NCBI GenBank assembly: GCA_025812035.1
Contig: GCA_025812035.1_4719.1
Strand: one strand, 5' to 3'
DNA: 64,000 bases
Origin: a phage
In this document: positions 28,933 through 39,089 of the stretch, one piece after another
Layout: every line of letters starts with the position of its first letter
Position numbering within the stretch: the stretch's first letter is position 1
The notes under the pieces: model-generated
Seen by the model: the letters and a program-made list of their open reading frames with translations, nothing else
What the model was told of the DNA's origin: nothing
Databases searched by the model: none
Translations under genes and position numbers: made by a program

Positions 28933-31101
28933 TTAGCTTTCACAGTCATCTGCGTCGATGATTTGTCCGCCAGCAACGTTCAGTTGATGATACAGAATCC
29001 TCAACGCACGGTTACCGCCAATGGGATACTTCTCGAAGTTGGTCGCAATAGGAATCGCTGATGGCTTATCGGTCGCATAGATACTCTCAGTGATGCTATC
29101 CACCTGTTTTGGATTGTTCGCATAGTCCATAAAGACGCTCGCGAACCATCCGCCAGCAAAGGCGGTAACTTCACGATGTTCAGATTCACCGCAGTAACGA
29201 GTCGGTTGCTCTTTACCAGGAGAACTGTATTTATCGCTATTACTGAGTTTCGACGGTAACCCATGTGCTTGAAGTTTAGGGATACCCACCGCCGACCAAT
29301 CGTTCGCCGTTTTCTCCAACATCATGATGTACGTGTCGCCGATCGCAATAGCGTTCTTGGTTGTCCGCCACTGCCCAGAACGCCCACGGTACCGTACAGG
29401 ACCTTTCTTCAACGGGAACTCACGAATCAGATTCTCCATACGTTCTGAACCTGCTGCGATACTGTCTGTCGGGATATAAACCTCCGTACCATGGCGTTGT
29501 ACGTACCGTAAATGATCCCATTTATCCTCATCCGTGATACAGTGTTTCTCAACAACCTGTTCCACGAATTCAGGACTGACGATATAGTAGTAACGCATCA
29601 ATGTGTTCCATGCTGTCTCCAGATCACCGGCATCCATCACCGGTTTCAGCTCACGCATGATCTGGTCACCAACACCGTTGATGTATGGCGCATTAACACG
29701 ACTTAAGCTCATCCTTTTGATTACTGTACTATCGTCGAACATGAAGTCCGCAACATTGCCCCATTGGTCAACCGGCATCTCATCGTCTTCCATGATGTCG
29801 GTTACGACGAATTTATCGCCAGCCATCCCAGTGAATTTAAACCCGATGCCCGGAACAACGTCGTACGTGTATGTGATAGTCACACGCCAATCATCAAGAT
29901 TCTCTTTACGATAATCGCGGGTCGGCAACACATGACGTAGCTGTCCGTTAGGGTTGCGGATATCAATACCGTGTTCAGCATCAGCCAGGTTCAACCACCA
30001 CATCACGGTTTGATGATGGCGTATTGGTGTACCGACACGTTCACGTTCGTACTTACGAACAGCATCCTGAATCCGGGTGTAAAGCAAACCGATCGCGTTC
30101 TCGTATTTCAGGAATTGACGATACGGAGGACGCATCTTCTCTTCCATCATAATCGCACGCTCGCGGGCTTGACGTCCAGAACGACGGTGTCGATCGCTGA
30201 CAACATCAATATCCGTTACACGCGCATTCGGTTCGGCGTAAGTGAGATCATCGTAAACATAATCCACACGCTGAAGATTGCATGTCATCATGTCAACAAC
30301 GCTGAGAATAGGATCTATTTCACGTGTTGCTGCAAGTAACCCATCTTTACGAATACGCTCACCGTTCTCGGGTATCGCTTGATATACCTCGTCATCACCG
30401 TAGAGATTGATTGGGTATCGCGATTTACCTGATGTAATTGTTCGCTTCTCAATACCGGTACTGGTGAAATGCTTCAATACACCACGACGGGCAACACCAC
30501 CATCTTCAATACACTGGTAGAAGCTACCGAAACACACCTTGCAATCGCGACCGTAACCCCACTCGCGTGTTTCTTGATTGATCGCTGGGCTTTCCATCAA
30601 ACGAGAATATCGCGGTACGATCTGGCCTCGACGAAGGGAATGGAACAAATTGGTTGGTCGAAAACGGAAACCGTACTGCTGATGCATGATGTGATGCTCA
30701 GGCACTTCAAGCAATCGTAGTTCATGGCGGTTACCATCCTCTTGGTTTTCATACAGCACGTAATGCATCGTGTTTGTTTTGATGCTGTTTGCTGTATGCC
30801 CCGGCTGAAAACGTGGGATGATATCTATGATGCGAGATTCAACTGGAAACTCTACTGACCACGTGTTCTGTCCGTACTGGTATTCGATCCCCGTCGTCAG
30901 TCTGGACGGCTTCGCATCCTTGATAACTAAGGCTTGACTAAGGTGACCGCCAAACATCGCAGCACGCTGCGCTGAGTTATAATGCAATAGCCCGTTAAGT
31001 CCAGTCCCTACACCAGTATACTCCTGTTTAATGGGGATGATTTTACCTTCAGCGATTGCCTGCTTCACAGATTCATAAAGAGGTTTTTCTTTATAATGCA
31101 T
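28933..31101 (-). CDS. multisubunit RNA polymerase beta-like subunit, C-terminal fragment
   Basis: NSAQRAAM (compare beta GANMQRQA), FTGMAGDKFVV..DEMP (compare KMAGRHGNKGV..EDMP), GESEHREVTAFAGG (compare GEMEVWALEAYGAA); start at ATG 31099..31101 with AGGAAG RBS. Confidence 0.7.
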   Translation of the reverse strand: MHYKEKPLYESVKQAIAEGKIIPIKQEYTGVGTGLNGLLHYNSAQRAAMFGGHLSQALVIKDAKPSRLTTGIEYQYGQNTWSVEFPVESRIIDIIPRFQPGHTANSIKTNTMHYVLYENQEDGNRHELRLLEVPEHHIMHQQYGFRFRPTNLFHSLRRGQIVPRYSRLMESPAINQETREWGYGRDCKVCFGSFYQCIEDGGVARRGVLKHFTSTGIEKRTITSGKSRYPINLYGDDEVYQAIPENGERIRKDGLLAATREIDPILSVVDMMTCNLQRVDYVYDDLTYAEPNARVTDIDVVSDRHRRSGRQARERAIMMEEKMRPPYRQFLKYENAIGLLYTRIQDAVRKYERERVGTPIRHHQTVMWWLNLADAEHGIDIRNPNGQLRHVLPTRDYRKENLDDWRVTITYTYDVVPGIGFKFTGMAGDKFVVTDIMEDDEMPVDQWGNVADFMFDDSTVIKRMSLSRVNAPYINGVGDQIMRELKPVMDAGDLETAWNTLMRYYYIVSPEFVEQVVEKHCITDEDKWDHLRYVQRHGTEVYIPTDSIAAGSERMENLIREFPLKKGPVRYRGRSGQWRTTKNAIAIGDTYIMMLEKTANDWSAVGIPKLQAHGLPSKLSNSDKYSSPGKEQPTRYCGESEHREVTAFAGGWFASVFMDYANNPKQVDSITESIYATDKPSAIPIATNFEKYPIGGNRALRILYHQLNVAGGQIIDADDCES

Positions 31102-31132
31102 AGGACTTCCTATTATCGAATTGAGGTACGTT

Positions 31133-31486
31133 ATGTCTAACACGCCCCTGAACGACTTCCTTAAGACAAACCCCGATGACCTCATCCACGATCTTGATTT
31201 CAGGAACGTTGTTGAGATGCATCTGGAATATTTCAAAAATGCCGGACTGGTCTCTACAATAGACATACCACCCGAACGCGCCTACGAATTCGATGGTAAC
31301 TTTTATGGATTGTGTCGTGTTCTGCTTGGCGAGGGCAGTGAAACAATGCACTGGATCACCATGAGACTCAGTGGTTATCGTGACCCTACGGAATACACCG
31401 CCGATGTTCTAACCATGAAGATTGTCGATGCAAGCGCAATCAACACACTAAAACAGCAATATCGTACAATCCACTACAGCGCTTAA
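31133..31486 (+). CDS. hypothetical protein (plus-strand island)
   Basis: ATG 31133 preceded by GAGGT; followed by hairpin plus TTTATGCCG terminator. Confidence 0.45.
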   Translation: MSNTPLNDFLKTNPDDLIHDLDFRNVVEMHLEYFKNAGLVSTIDIPPERAYEFDGNFYGLCRVLLGEGSETMHWITMRLSGYRDPTEYTADVLTMKIVDASAINTLKQQYRTIHYSA

Positions 31487-31490
31487 GATA

Positions 31491-31531
31491 ACCCTCCCGC
31501 GACGTTAAGCGTAGGGAGGGTATTTATGCCG
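31491..31531 (+). terminator. GC hairpin followed by TATTTATGCCG after plus-strand gene
   Basis: stem ACCCTCCC/GGGAGGGT. Confidence 0.5.
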
Positions 31532-31550
31532 TCGTCTATGGTTTAACGCA

Positions 31551-32831
31551 TCAGAAACGATTTACGGTACGTCCTGTCCACGCATTCAAGATGCTGTTAC
31601 GTTCCATCTCAGCGCGACGACGTAAACCGTTTGGCGTCTGCGGTGCTGGCGGCATCCCCCATCCAGCAGGCTGCATACCCATACCTGGCCAAGCGGCATT
31701 ATTGAACGTCGTACCGTTGCGTTCTGCGACACGGCTCATCAACGCATCAAATGCGCTATTCCCTGCCGGTTGGTTACCGCCACTTTCCCATTGATTAGGT
31801 TGAACCGGAGCGGTTTTACCTAACAGGTTATCGATCACATTGCCCGTTGCACCAGGACGCGACTGCATGCCTTCATGTGCGGCTGCTGATGGGTTTGGCT
31901 TAACCGTCGGCTGTGGACGACTGTTCAGCGTTACACCCATGTTGTATTTCGCTGGCGGAATCTGACCACGATGTTGGTTAATCGGTTCAAAATCCTCGAC
32001 CCAGGTAACATCGCAATAACCATTCTCTTTACCGTCGTACTTGTCACCAAACAGTTTGATGAGATTGTTCAGCGGTTCCATCAACTTAGCGAAGCTGTGG
32101 ATAAGACAATCGAAATAGGGGGCATGTGGATCGCTTGACCCAGCATTATACGTTTCACTGACTTCACCTGCGTGCGGAATAACGTACTCAACCAGGTTTC
32201 TCAACATGTTAAGATCTTTCTTGGAAATCTCAACACCACACCAGTACGTTTTCTTATCTTTCGTGCTGATGTGTTCTTCTTCCATGAACGGGAACGTAAC
32301 TACCGCAACACGGGTCATCTTCTTACCCATATAGGTTGCGCCAGTACGACGAAGATAAATTTTAGACAACGTATACGGCGTGTCACGCTTCAACCAAACG
32401 GTGACCAGTTTACCTAACGTCGTTAACGTTTTATCGCTGGCATCCGCAAGGATGTTGAAGAACTCTTTTTGTTTCGGACCGAAACGTTTTGCTTCTTTAG
32501 GGTTGATTGCGGTTTCAACCATCCAAATCAGCATGGAGCACAGTGTAGCGTTAAAACGAACAACCATCGCACGGCGCAGGAACTGAAGCACTTCCGATTC
32601 ACCGTTCATCACGTCTTCACTTAGCGGATGGAACAACACACGTTCAGCCAACTGATTTCCGGTACGAACTTCGGGAACCGGCATCAGCAACGGCATGCTT
32701 TCCACGGTAGCGGCAACTGCAACAACTTTACCATCCCCATCCGTAAAACGATATTCTAATTCGTGGGCATCGTTCTCAAAATAGTTAACGCTTTGTAGCG
32801 CTTTACGATAAGCTTCAATAAGCTTCGACAT
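31551..32831 (-). CDS. hypothetical protein with Gly/Pro/Gln-rich C-terminal region
   Basis: ATG 32829..32831 preceded by AAGGAAA; low-complexity C-terminus. Confidence 0.5.
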   Translation of the reverse strand: MSKLIEAYRKALQSVNYFENDAHELEYRFTDGDGKVVAVAATVESMPLLMPVPEVRTGNQLAERVLFHPLSEDVMNGESEVLQFLRRAMVVRFNATLCSMLIWMVETAINPKEAKRFGPKQKEFFNILADASDKTLTTLGKLVTVWLKRDTPYTLSKIYLRRTGATYMGKKMTRVAVVTFPFMEEEHISTKDKKTYWCGVEISKKDLNMLRNLVEYVIPHAGEVSETYNAGSSDPHAPYFDCLIHSFAKLMEPLNNLIKLFGDKYDGKENGYCDVTWVEDFEPINQHRGQIPPAKYNMGVTLNSRPQPTVKPNPSAAAHEGMQSRPGATGNVIDNLLGKTAPVQPNQWESGGNQPAGNSAFDALMSRVAERNGTTFNNAAWPGMGMQPAGWGMPPAPQTPNGLRRRAEMERNSILNAWTGRTVNRF

Positions 32832-32888
32832 ATTACATTTCCTTTTTCTTTTTACGTCAACGGTCCCCCTCAACAGGGGACCTATGGA

Positions 32889-34475
32889 TTAGAAGTTGCC
32901 TTTGGTAGTTACCGCATCCACCAAGTTGAACAAATCAACGCTCAGCTTATAAACCTCCTGCTGGCTACGGTTGAGCAGCGGGCTGTATGCGGACGGGTTG
33001 ATGTTCGGCATGGTGTACGGAATCGGCGCAGAGCCATCAACGCTGATCTTGAACTGGCTGTCCAGGAACAGGTTAATCGCACCGCTCACCATAACCGCAT
33101 TCGGGTTGTTACCCAACATGGAGGGTAGGATATTGGTAATCATGTCGGAACGCATTTGTTCAGCAGCACGGTTACAATCGTATCCTTTAATGAACGGTAC
33201 GGCATCGGTAACCGCAACCGCCCACTGACCAGGCATGATACCGAGTTCTGGGTGACCATGGTTGTCCGCGATGAAACGGAACGACTCCAGCATGCGATAT
33301 GTCATCGCAGCAGGCATCATCGCAGCAAGCGATGAGCAGTACAATGTCGGATAATCGATAACGTCCCAGCTCTGGCTATCGGTTGGCATCCAACCAAACT
33401 CGGTGGTTGCTGATGTACCACGACGGGCCTCCACATACGGGAATAGCGTTAAGACATCACGGATATGTTCGCCGAACATCCGTTTCATGTCGGCCCAACT
33501 CATGCTACCACTGAAAGCGAATCCTTCATCACGCATAATTGCACCGAATACGGGATGCGCAACCAACGGTTCTTCACGAACGGCTTGAGCTGCTTCTACG
33601 TAAATATCTTCGTTCTCAGCGCTACCTGGATGAGACCCACTTTCGTACGTCTGGCGGATAGCACCAACATTATCGAACGCCTTCCTTAAATAGATAGTCG
33701 GGATGTTCGTATCAACACTGGCTGGTTTGATTTTCTCCGTTGCGAAACACATCGCCGCTTCCACGCCACGAAAAACCGGTTCGGGTTGTGGTGCGTAGGA
33801 TGTACGATTAACCACATCAGCGTAGGCGGGATCGAACTGCTGCATCACGTTCTGCATGGCTGGGTCCATGAATTGGTTATCAAAACCGCCCTGACCCACC
33901 CAGCGTGCCGTCGATGCATACGTCAGCGTATCCTGAACACGAGTACTGAACTGGACGTTGCGGTTAACGGGGTCATATGCACCGGTCAAAAGGTTCGTTG
34001 CGTCCATCGGGGTTGCACGAACGATTTGCTTACCGAACATATCCGTCGTGGTTGTTTCGGTGACCTGGATTACGTTCGTGAAGAAGAACACCAGTTCGTT
34101 CGGTAGATCGATCGCACGTGTTGTAAACGCATCGAGGCTTACAGAATGGTCGGTGTATCCAGAAATGTAGTGGACACGCTTGGTTCCTGGTGCAAGAGCC
34201 AAGGATTCTTCCACAGCCATCATGAAATGGAAACGGCGTGTACCCCAACCATTCGCAATTTCCGAAACCCCCTCAGGTTCCGCAGACTGTTGCAACAAGC
34301 CGGTCGCAAGCTTATTGATTGCTGATGGTGTTGTTGCCGTACCGAACTTCGTCGTGTTGATAAAGTCTTCGATACTACGCATGCTGTCTGCGTGGAATCG
34401 TAGCGGGCGACGTTGTACATTGTTATACGGTGCGGTTTCAACCATCAGTATTTCACGAACATTCATCGGGATCAT
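32889..34475 (-). CDS. hypothetical protein (528 aa), possibly structural
   Basis: long ORF with strongly biased codon use. Confidence 0.55.
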   Translation of the reverse strand: MIPMNVREILMVETAPYNNVQRRPLRFHADSMRSIEDFINTTKFGTATTPSAINKLATGLLQQSAEPEGVSEIANGWGTRRFHFMMAVEESLALAPGTKRVHYISGYTDHSVSLDAFTTRAIDLPNELVFFFTNVIQVTETTTTDMFGKQIVRATPMDATNLLTGAYDPVNRNVQFSTRVQDTLTYASTARWVGQGGFDNQFMDPAMQNVMQQFDPAYADVVNRTSYAPQPEPVFRGVEAAMCFATEKIKPASVDTNIPTIYLRKAFDNVGAIRQTYESGSHPGSAENEDIYVEAAQAVREEPLVAHPVFGAIMRDEGFAFSGSMSWADMKRMFGEHIRDVLTLFPYVEARRGTSATTEFGWMPTDSQSWDVIDYPTLYCSSLAAMMPAAMTYRMLESFRFIADNHGHPELGIMPGQWAVAVTDAVPFIKGYDCNRAAEQMRSDMITNILPSMLGNNPNAVMVSGAINLFLDSQFKISVDGSAPIPYTMPNINPSAYSPLLNRSQQEVYKLSVDLFNLVDAVTTKGNF

Positions 34476-34476
34476 T

Positions 34477-36063
34477 TTATTTTTTTCCTCTTAAATTTAC
34501 TACGTGTTCATTTAATCGAACAACTAATTGCACAAGCTGCTGACGGATATCTGCTGGACAAAGCATCAACCCTTTACGATCAGCTGGGACTTTCTCAAGA
34601 ATTTCCGGGCCTGCTGCTGAAACATCCCAGTCCCATTCACAAAACGCATCGGCTACCATGTTAATACCGACAACCGGTAAAGTTGTACGTTCATCTTCAT
34701 ACATGGCATGCGGATACAATTTATTGACGGTAATAATCTCCTGTGGTTTTAACTGGTGGATAATCTGATAAACATCGTCACGTTTAACCTGGATACCTAC
34801 GGTCAGCGCGGCCAGTTGAGGAAAGCCCCAATGGTCTAATAAGCAAGCTGCAATTGCTAACGCTTTTGCCTGATGCACGGCTTCAATCGGTGAAAGACTT
34901 CTCGCCGGAAGATGGCTATCAAGCAGCCATTGCGCCAGCGCTCGGCATCCGCGGTTGATTGGTTTTAACTCAACGGTGTCATCGTGTTTAGCGTACGTGT
35001 ACCCATCGTAACGTTTTGCGATACGTGCGTACATGTCCTCAACTTTACCGTAAGGTGCTGTTTCGTCGACGTCGTGAAGCACCCGTTCCATCTGGGTAAG
35101 ATACGCAATATCAAGGATGAGCACGCGCGGTGAACGTTTATCTTTCACCATCAGTGCATCAATCACACCTTGGCTATCTTCATCTTGCGCGTTCCCTCGT
35201 GGGGTTTTCTCGCGAATAGGTCCACTGAAACGTCGTTCCGTACAAAGGTTATTCACGTAGCTAAAGATCAGTGTCACTAGGTGTGTACAGCTCACCAACA
35301 CCCCATCTTTAACAACAGGCTGTACGGCTTGGTCCAAATCACGTACTGCGAGACGTCTGACGATGGCTTGTGAACGCAACCAACCTGGCACTTTCTCCGT
35401 TGACATGTAATCCACTGTCATCGACAACGTGATCTTTTTATCACCCGTCTGTGCACGGATATAGTCTTCCAGTCGGTCGTAAGCAGCGATGTCGTGAATG
35501 CGTGTTTTATACATCAACGACATAGCCACTTCTTCTTTACGTACCGTCCCGTACGTTTTCCCAGCATCGATCAGAAACTCTGCCCAAATCGGCACCATCA
35601 GACGAACGTAGATCGCTAACGCCGTTAACTCAACGTAATCATTTCGTAAATAGGTTTTCTCGGGTATATCGTCCTCGCCTAATGTCGTTTTCATGTCTGG
35701 TGGTAATTTTACCCAGCCTGGGGTATTACACAACGCCAGAATCTCTTCATACACAACCGGTTTGTAGATTTCACCGACAGCGCGGCTCAACTCCTCCATT
35801 TGTTGTTGTGGAGCAATGTAGTTATCCATCGCCTCACGTGCTTTAACGAACCCTTCAAAGATGTCGTCGATGCGACGTGGGTTCTTTTGTTCTATCCAAG
35901 CGAGATACTTGTTAATCTCCCGCATCTGATTGCTGGCCATATCCCCATCGATCTTGATGTAGCCCTGACCTGAAAATTCCACGGTACGTCCATCACGATG
36001 TTTGATGAGATAGTGATCCAGCTTTTCTTTGCCTTGCGTCGTAATGACCGGCACAATGTGCAT
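34477..36063 (-). CDS. hypothetical protein (528 aa)
   Basis: long ORF; conserved promoter-like motif 54 nt upstream. Confidence 0.55.
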   Translation of the reverse strand: MHIVPVITTQGKEKLDHYLIKHRDGRTVEFSGQGYIKIDGDMASNQMREINKYLAWIEQKNPRRIDDIFEGFVKAREAMDNYIAPQQQMEELSRAVGEIYKPVVYEEILALCNTPGWVKLPPDMKTTLGEDDIPEKTYLRNDYVELTALAIYVRLMVPIWAEFLIDAGKTYGTVRKEEVAMSLMYKTRIHDIAAYDRLEDYIRAQTGDKKITLSMTVDYMSTEKVPGWLRSQAIVRRLAVRDLDQAVQPVVKDGVLVSCTHLVTLIFSYVNNLCTERRFSGPIREKTPRGNAQDEDSQGVIDALMVKDKRSPRVLILDIAYLTQMERVLHDVDETAPYGKVEDMYARIAKRYDGYTYAKHDDTVELKPINRGCRALAQWLLDSHLPARSLSPIEAVHQAKALAIAACLLDHWGFPQLAALTVGIQVKRDDVYQIIHQLKPQEIITVNKLYPHAMYEDERTTLPVVGINMVADAFCEWDWDVSAAGPEILEKVPADRKGLMLCPADIRQQLVQLVVRLNEHVVNLRGKK

Positions 36064-36112
36064 AACAACCTCTTTTCGCGGTTCCCTGTTAAAACGTCTT
36101 CAGTGACGTCTA

Positions 36113-36136
36113 CCACAAAGGTAATATAAGCGTGAA
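36113..36136 (-). promoter_or_regulatory. conserved promoter-like motif copy
   Basis: GCTTATATTACCTTTGTGG on minus strand, 54 nt upstream of gene 34477..36063. Confidence 0.4.
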
Positions 36137-36267
36137 TAATTTTGGATTCCTGCTGAGTTATCGCTCAGCATGCAAGGCATCCCGCCGAAGCGAGACACCT
36201 TGCATTAACGGAAAATATTCGCGTTACCTTCTGAATTAATGATTCAGAATGCGATGCTAAAGCGTTA

Positions 36268-37056
36268 TTAGAACGCTAAGCCATCAAAGGCTATAGACGG
36301 ATCGTCGTCGTCATTTGCGCTTGGTGCATCCCAACGGGTATCAGGGGCTGCTGGAGCCGAACTTGATGCGTTAGAGTTACCGTTGTACTGGCCGTTACCA
36401 GCATTACGGTTACCACCGCCGTTGTTATTGTTACGATTATAGCTGTTGTTGCCATTACTTACACTACGGCTTTCACCGTCGAAATTGGTTGCAAGGATGC
36501 TCGGCAACACCGCACGATGAATACGTACGAATTCCAACGCACAAAGCGGAGAAACAATCCCGATCTGTAATGGTTGTCCGGATTCATCGACCAAAGAGTG
36601 GAAACGTGGTGGCTTGAATACGAACTGAATGTTCGGTTTTTGGTACGCTGTTACAGCAATATATACCGAACCATCATCATTCTTACCAACCCATGTTGTA
36701 CTTTCGGTAATCTGCTTTTTCTTACCAGGGTTATTGCGATCGTCGATAACCTTTTCGTTCTTCATCGCAAAGCGTTGACCCGGTTTACCCTTAGCAACTT
36801 GCTCAAGGATCGCAAGTAGGTTATAGAACGCATATGAACTCATGCGCGCCCAGATACTTTCGGCGCGACCCTGTTGGTCTTTACGACCTGTATAAACCGT
36901 GATACGCGGTTGATTTTTAGCAACGCTAATTTTCAATGAGGGGATTGAATTACCGCCCTCAACCTTTTCGTCCGCCCACAGTTTCCAGTTGTTGTCGTCG
37001 TAAGCCGTAGGAATAATGTTTCCTTGTGGTTTACTGCCCGAATTCCAATTGCTCAT
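36268..37056 (-). CDS. hypothetical protein with Asn/Gly-rich linker and acidic C-terminal tip (SSB-like tail)
   Basis: C-terminus ..NNNNGGGNRNAGNGQYNGNSN..DDDDPSIAFDGLAF, similar in architecture to SSB tails ending DDDIPF. Confidence 0.5.
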   Translation of the reverse strand: MSNWNSGSKPQGNIIPTAYDDNNWKLWADEKVEGGNSIPSLKISVAKNQPRITVYTGRKDQQGRAESIWARMSSYAFYNLLAILEQVAKGKPGQRFAMKNEKVIDDRNNPGKKKQITESTTWVGKNDDGSVYIAVTAYQKPNIQFVFKPPRFHSLVDESGQPLQIGIVSPLCALEFVRIHRAVLPSILATNFDGESRSVSNGNNSYNRNNNNGGGNRNAGNGQYNGNSNASSSAPAAPDTRWDAPSANDDDDPSIAFDGLAF

Positions 37057-37129
37057 TTTCAGCCTCGTTACGTAGTGTGAATCAATTTCTGGTTCAGATG
37101 ATAGTTAATATTAGTTAAAAATTACAGCG

Positions 37130-37927
37130 TCAGCGAAACATGTCCAACAGAAAACGTTTTGCAAAGGGGTCGCGTAACTGGTTGACACCGAAGCGTGTAC
37201 GGTCTTCCGTTGTTAATGGATTCCACTGACTCTGTTTCGCAAGGTCTAACAACATCCTTTTTATTTTCACCGGCCCGCTGTTGAATTGTACAGCTTGATC
37301 CCCGAACGTTCCCAACGTCATCTTTGTAAACGGAAGGTTCGCAACCTCTGGACGATCTCCACCAGTAAGTTTGGTCGACCACTGATGTTTTCGTTTCAAG
37401 GTTCCGGTATGGCTTTCTACCAAAATAAGTTCACCAAAACCGGTTCTTGCCAACAAGTCAGAAACATAATGCGTAGTGATATACGATGTCTTGGTTATCG
37501 TAGGTAATTTACAATCCATCGATTCGATATTGGGAAGTCGATCTACAGACGCCATCAACCCACGATAAAGTGTGGCAAGTCCTTTTTGTTTTTCGGTGTG
37601 TGGCTCCTTGTGTATGGCGTGCGGATAGACACGCTTTATTGATGCATAGGTTGGCGCATATATCCGTAAACGAATATGGGGAACGAGTTCATTCACCAAC
37701 TGCCTTAGCTGCAGCAACTCGTTTTGAAAATCCCCCGTTATCATCGATAATGGTAATTTATGCTGTTCAACGTCTTCAAAGCTTTCAACAAAATTGCGTG
37801 CTAAAGTACGCAGGTTGAACAGCCAATCCATCGGTGTTTCTGGCTGTTGCTGCACGGCTGATAATGTTGCTGACGTCCCCACCGATAAAGGATAATCGCC
37901 TAACGTGCGGGCGTACATATCGCTCAT
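37130..37927 (-). CDS. hypothetical protein (start at ATG 37925..37927)
   Basis: AAGGAG RBS before internal ATG. Confidence 0.5.
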   Translation of the reverse strand: MSDMYARTLGDYPLSVGTSATLSAVQQQPETPMDWLFNLRTLARNFVESFEDVEQHKLPLSMITGDFQNELLQLRQLVNELVPHIRLRIYAPTYASIKRVYPHAIHKEPHTEKQKGLATLYRGLMASVDRLPNIESMDCKLPTITKTSYITTHYVSDLLARTGFGELILVESHTGTLKRKHQWSTKLTGGDRPEVANLPFTKMTLGTFGDQAVQFNSGPVKIKRMLLDLAKQSQWNPLTTEDRTRFGVNQLRDPFAKRFLLDMFR

Positions 37928-37946
37928 ACCCCACAACTCCTTCTTA

Positions 37947-39089
37947 TCATGGCAACGTATCAAGCCAAGCAGAAACCTTTAAGGCGTCAACGTTCGGGTA
38001 TTTATTACGGATGCGTTCGACCAACAAACGCTTAACGTTGTCCTTTGTCAAGTCCCCACCTTTCTCAATAACGTTATTGACAAAACTGTTCTTTAATAAC
38101 GACTGGTTGTTTTTGGCATCCGTTTTAATCGACCAGACAAAGCCGGGATACAAAGAAGGGATAGAACGAAACGTTTTCGCTGCGTCGTCTTCCTTATCAC
38201 AGCGTATTCGAATATGATCGCCCTTCTTCAATGAGGCCAATTCCCGTTCCAACACGCGGACGATTTCATCGCCAACAAGACCGTGCAGTTTTATCGTCTT
38301 GTAGATATCTGCTTTCTTGTTCTCGACAAATTCCCACTGATCGTTAAACGATTCGGTTAGCATATAACGAAGGTATCCTTTCGGACCTTCTTCGCCATGC
38401 GCCAAGCGACCAAACGAACCACCAACCATGATACGACCTTTCTGGGATTGTAGGTGAATATGCCCACTTACAATCCATCCCTGGGTCTTCTCTACCATTG
38501 CGTTATACGCATCGCTGCTATGAACACATGTCGCTTTTAATGCTTCTGGTGGAAGCTGATATTCAAACGCGCCGTGCATCAGAATAAAGTCCGGGGATCC
38601 CTTCTCGTCAATAAGTCGGTTCACAGCCGACAACGTCACATCTGGATCGTGGCTATAGTTATCTGGAAGATAAAGCACTTTTAAACCGAAGTCTTCATCA
38701 ACCATGCAGAGATCGTCGTAATAACGGACTTTCGCTCCTATCTCCATAACCTCGTTCTGCTCGACGAACCATTGGCTTTGCTTCTGGTCGTGTAAATTGG
38801 TGCCTTCAAGAAAGATCAAGGTGATATCATGTTCTCTCGCATACCGTAACAACCAGGTACCCCAGGCACGAACAGCAACCACGTCGCTCGTCACAAACGT
38901 CGTAATGCGATCGAAGACATCGCCACTAAATGTAATCACATCGAGTAATGCGGGATCTTCTTTTGTGATGTAGTAACGTAACTGGCTAATCAGGTTTACT
39001 GTTGGTGTTTGACGATGGATAAAATGAATATCCGATAAATTGATTCCTCGTAATACCCCAGGCGTTTTATTTCGACTGAAGTCTCGCAT
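37947..39089 (-). CDS. Mre11/SbcD-like metallophosphoesterase nuclease
   Basis: motifs LSDIHF (D-x-H), SGDVFD (GDxxD), GTNLHD, MHGAFE, SGHIH in the usual order. Confidence 0.5.
   Translation of the reverse strand: MRDFSRNKTPGVLRGINLSDIHFIHRQTPTVNLISQLRYYITKEDPALLDVITFSGDVFDRITTFVTSDVVAVRAWGTWLLRYAREHDITLIFLEGTNLHDQKQSQWFVEQNEVMEIGAKVRYYDDLCMVDEDFGLKVLYLPDNYSHDPDVTLSAVNRLIDEKGSPDFILMHGAFEYQLPPEALKATCVHSSDAYNAMVEKTQGWIVSGHIHLQSQKGRIMVGGSFGRLAHGEEGPKGYLRYMLTESFNDQWEFVENKKADIYKTIKLHGLVGDEIVRVLERELASLKKGDHIRIRCDKEDDAAKTFRSIPSLYPGFVWSIKTDAKNNQSLLKNSFVNNVIEKGGDLTKDNVKRLLVERIRNKYPNVDALKVSAWLDTLP

Noticed and set aside
31591-31794. Plus-strand ORF downstream of the TATTTATGCCG site at 31522
   Set aside because: Arg/Gly/Pro-rich translation, antisense to the C-terminus of gene 31551..32831, no RBS; the plus-oriented hairpin plus TTTATG is explained as the terminator of gene 31133..31486.
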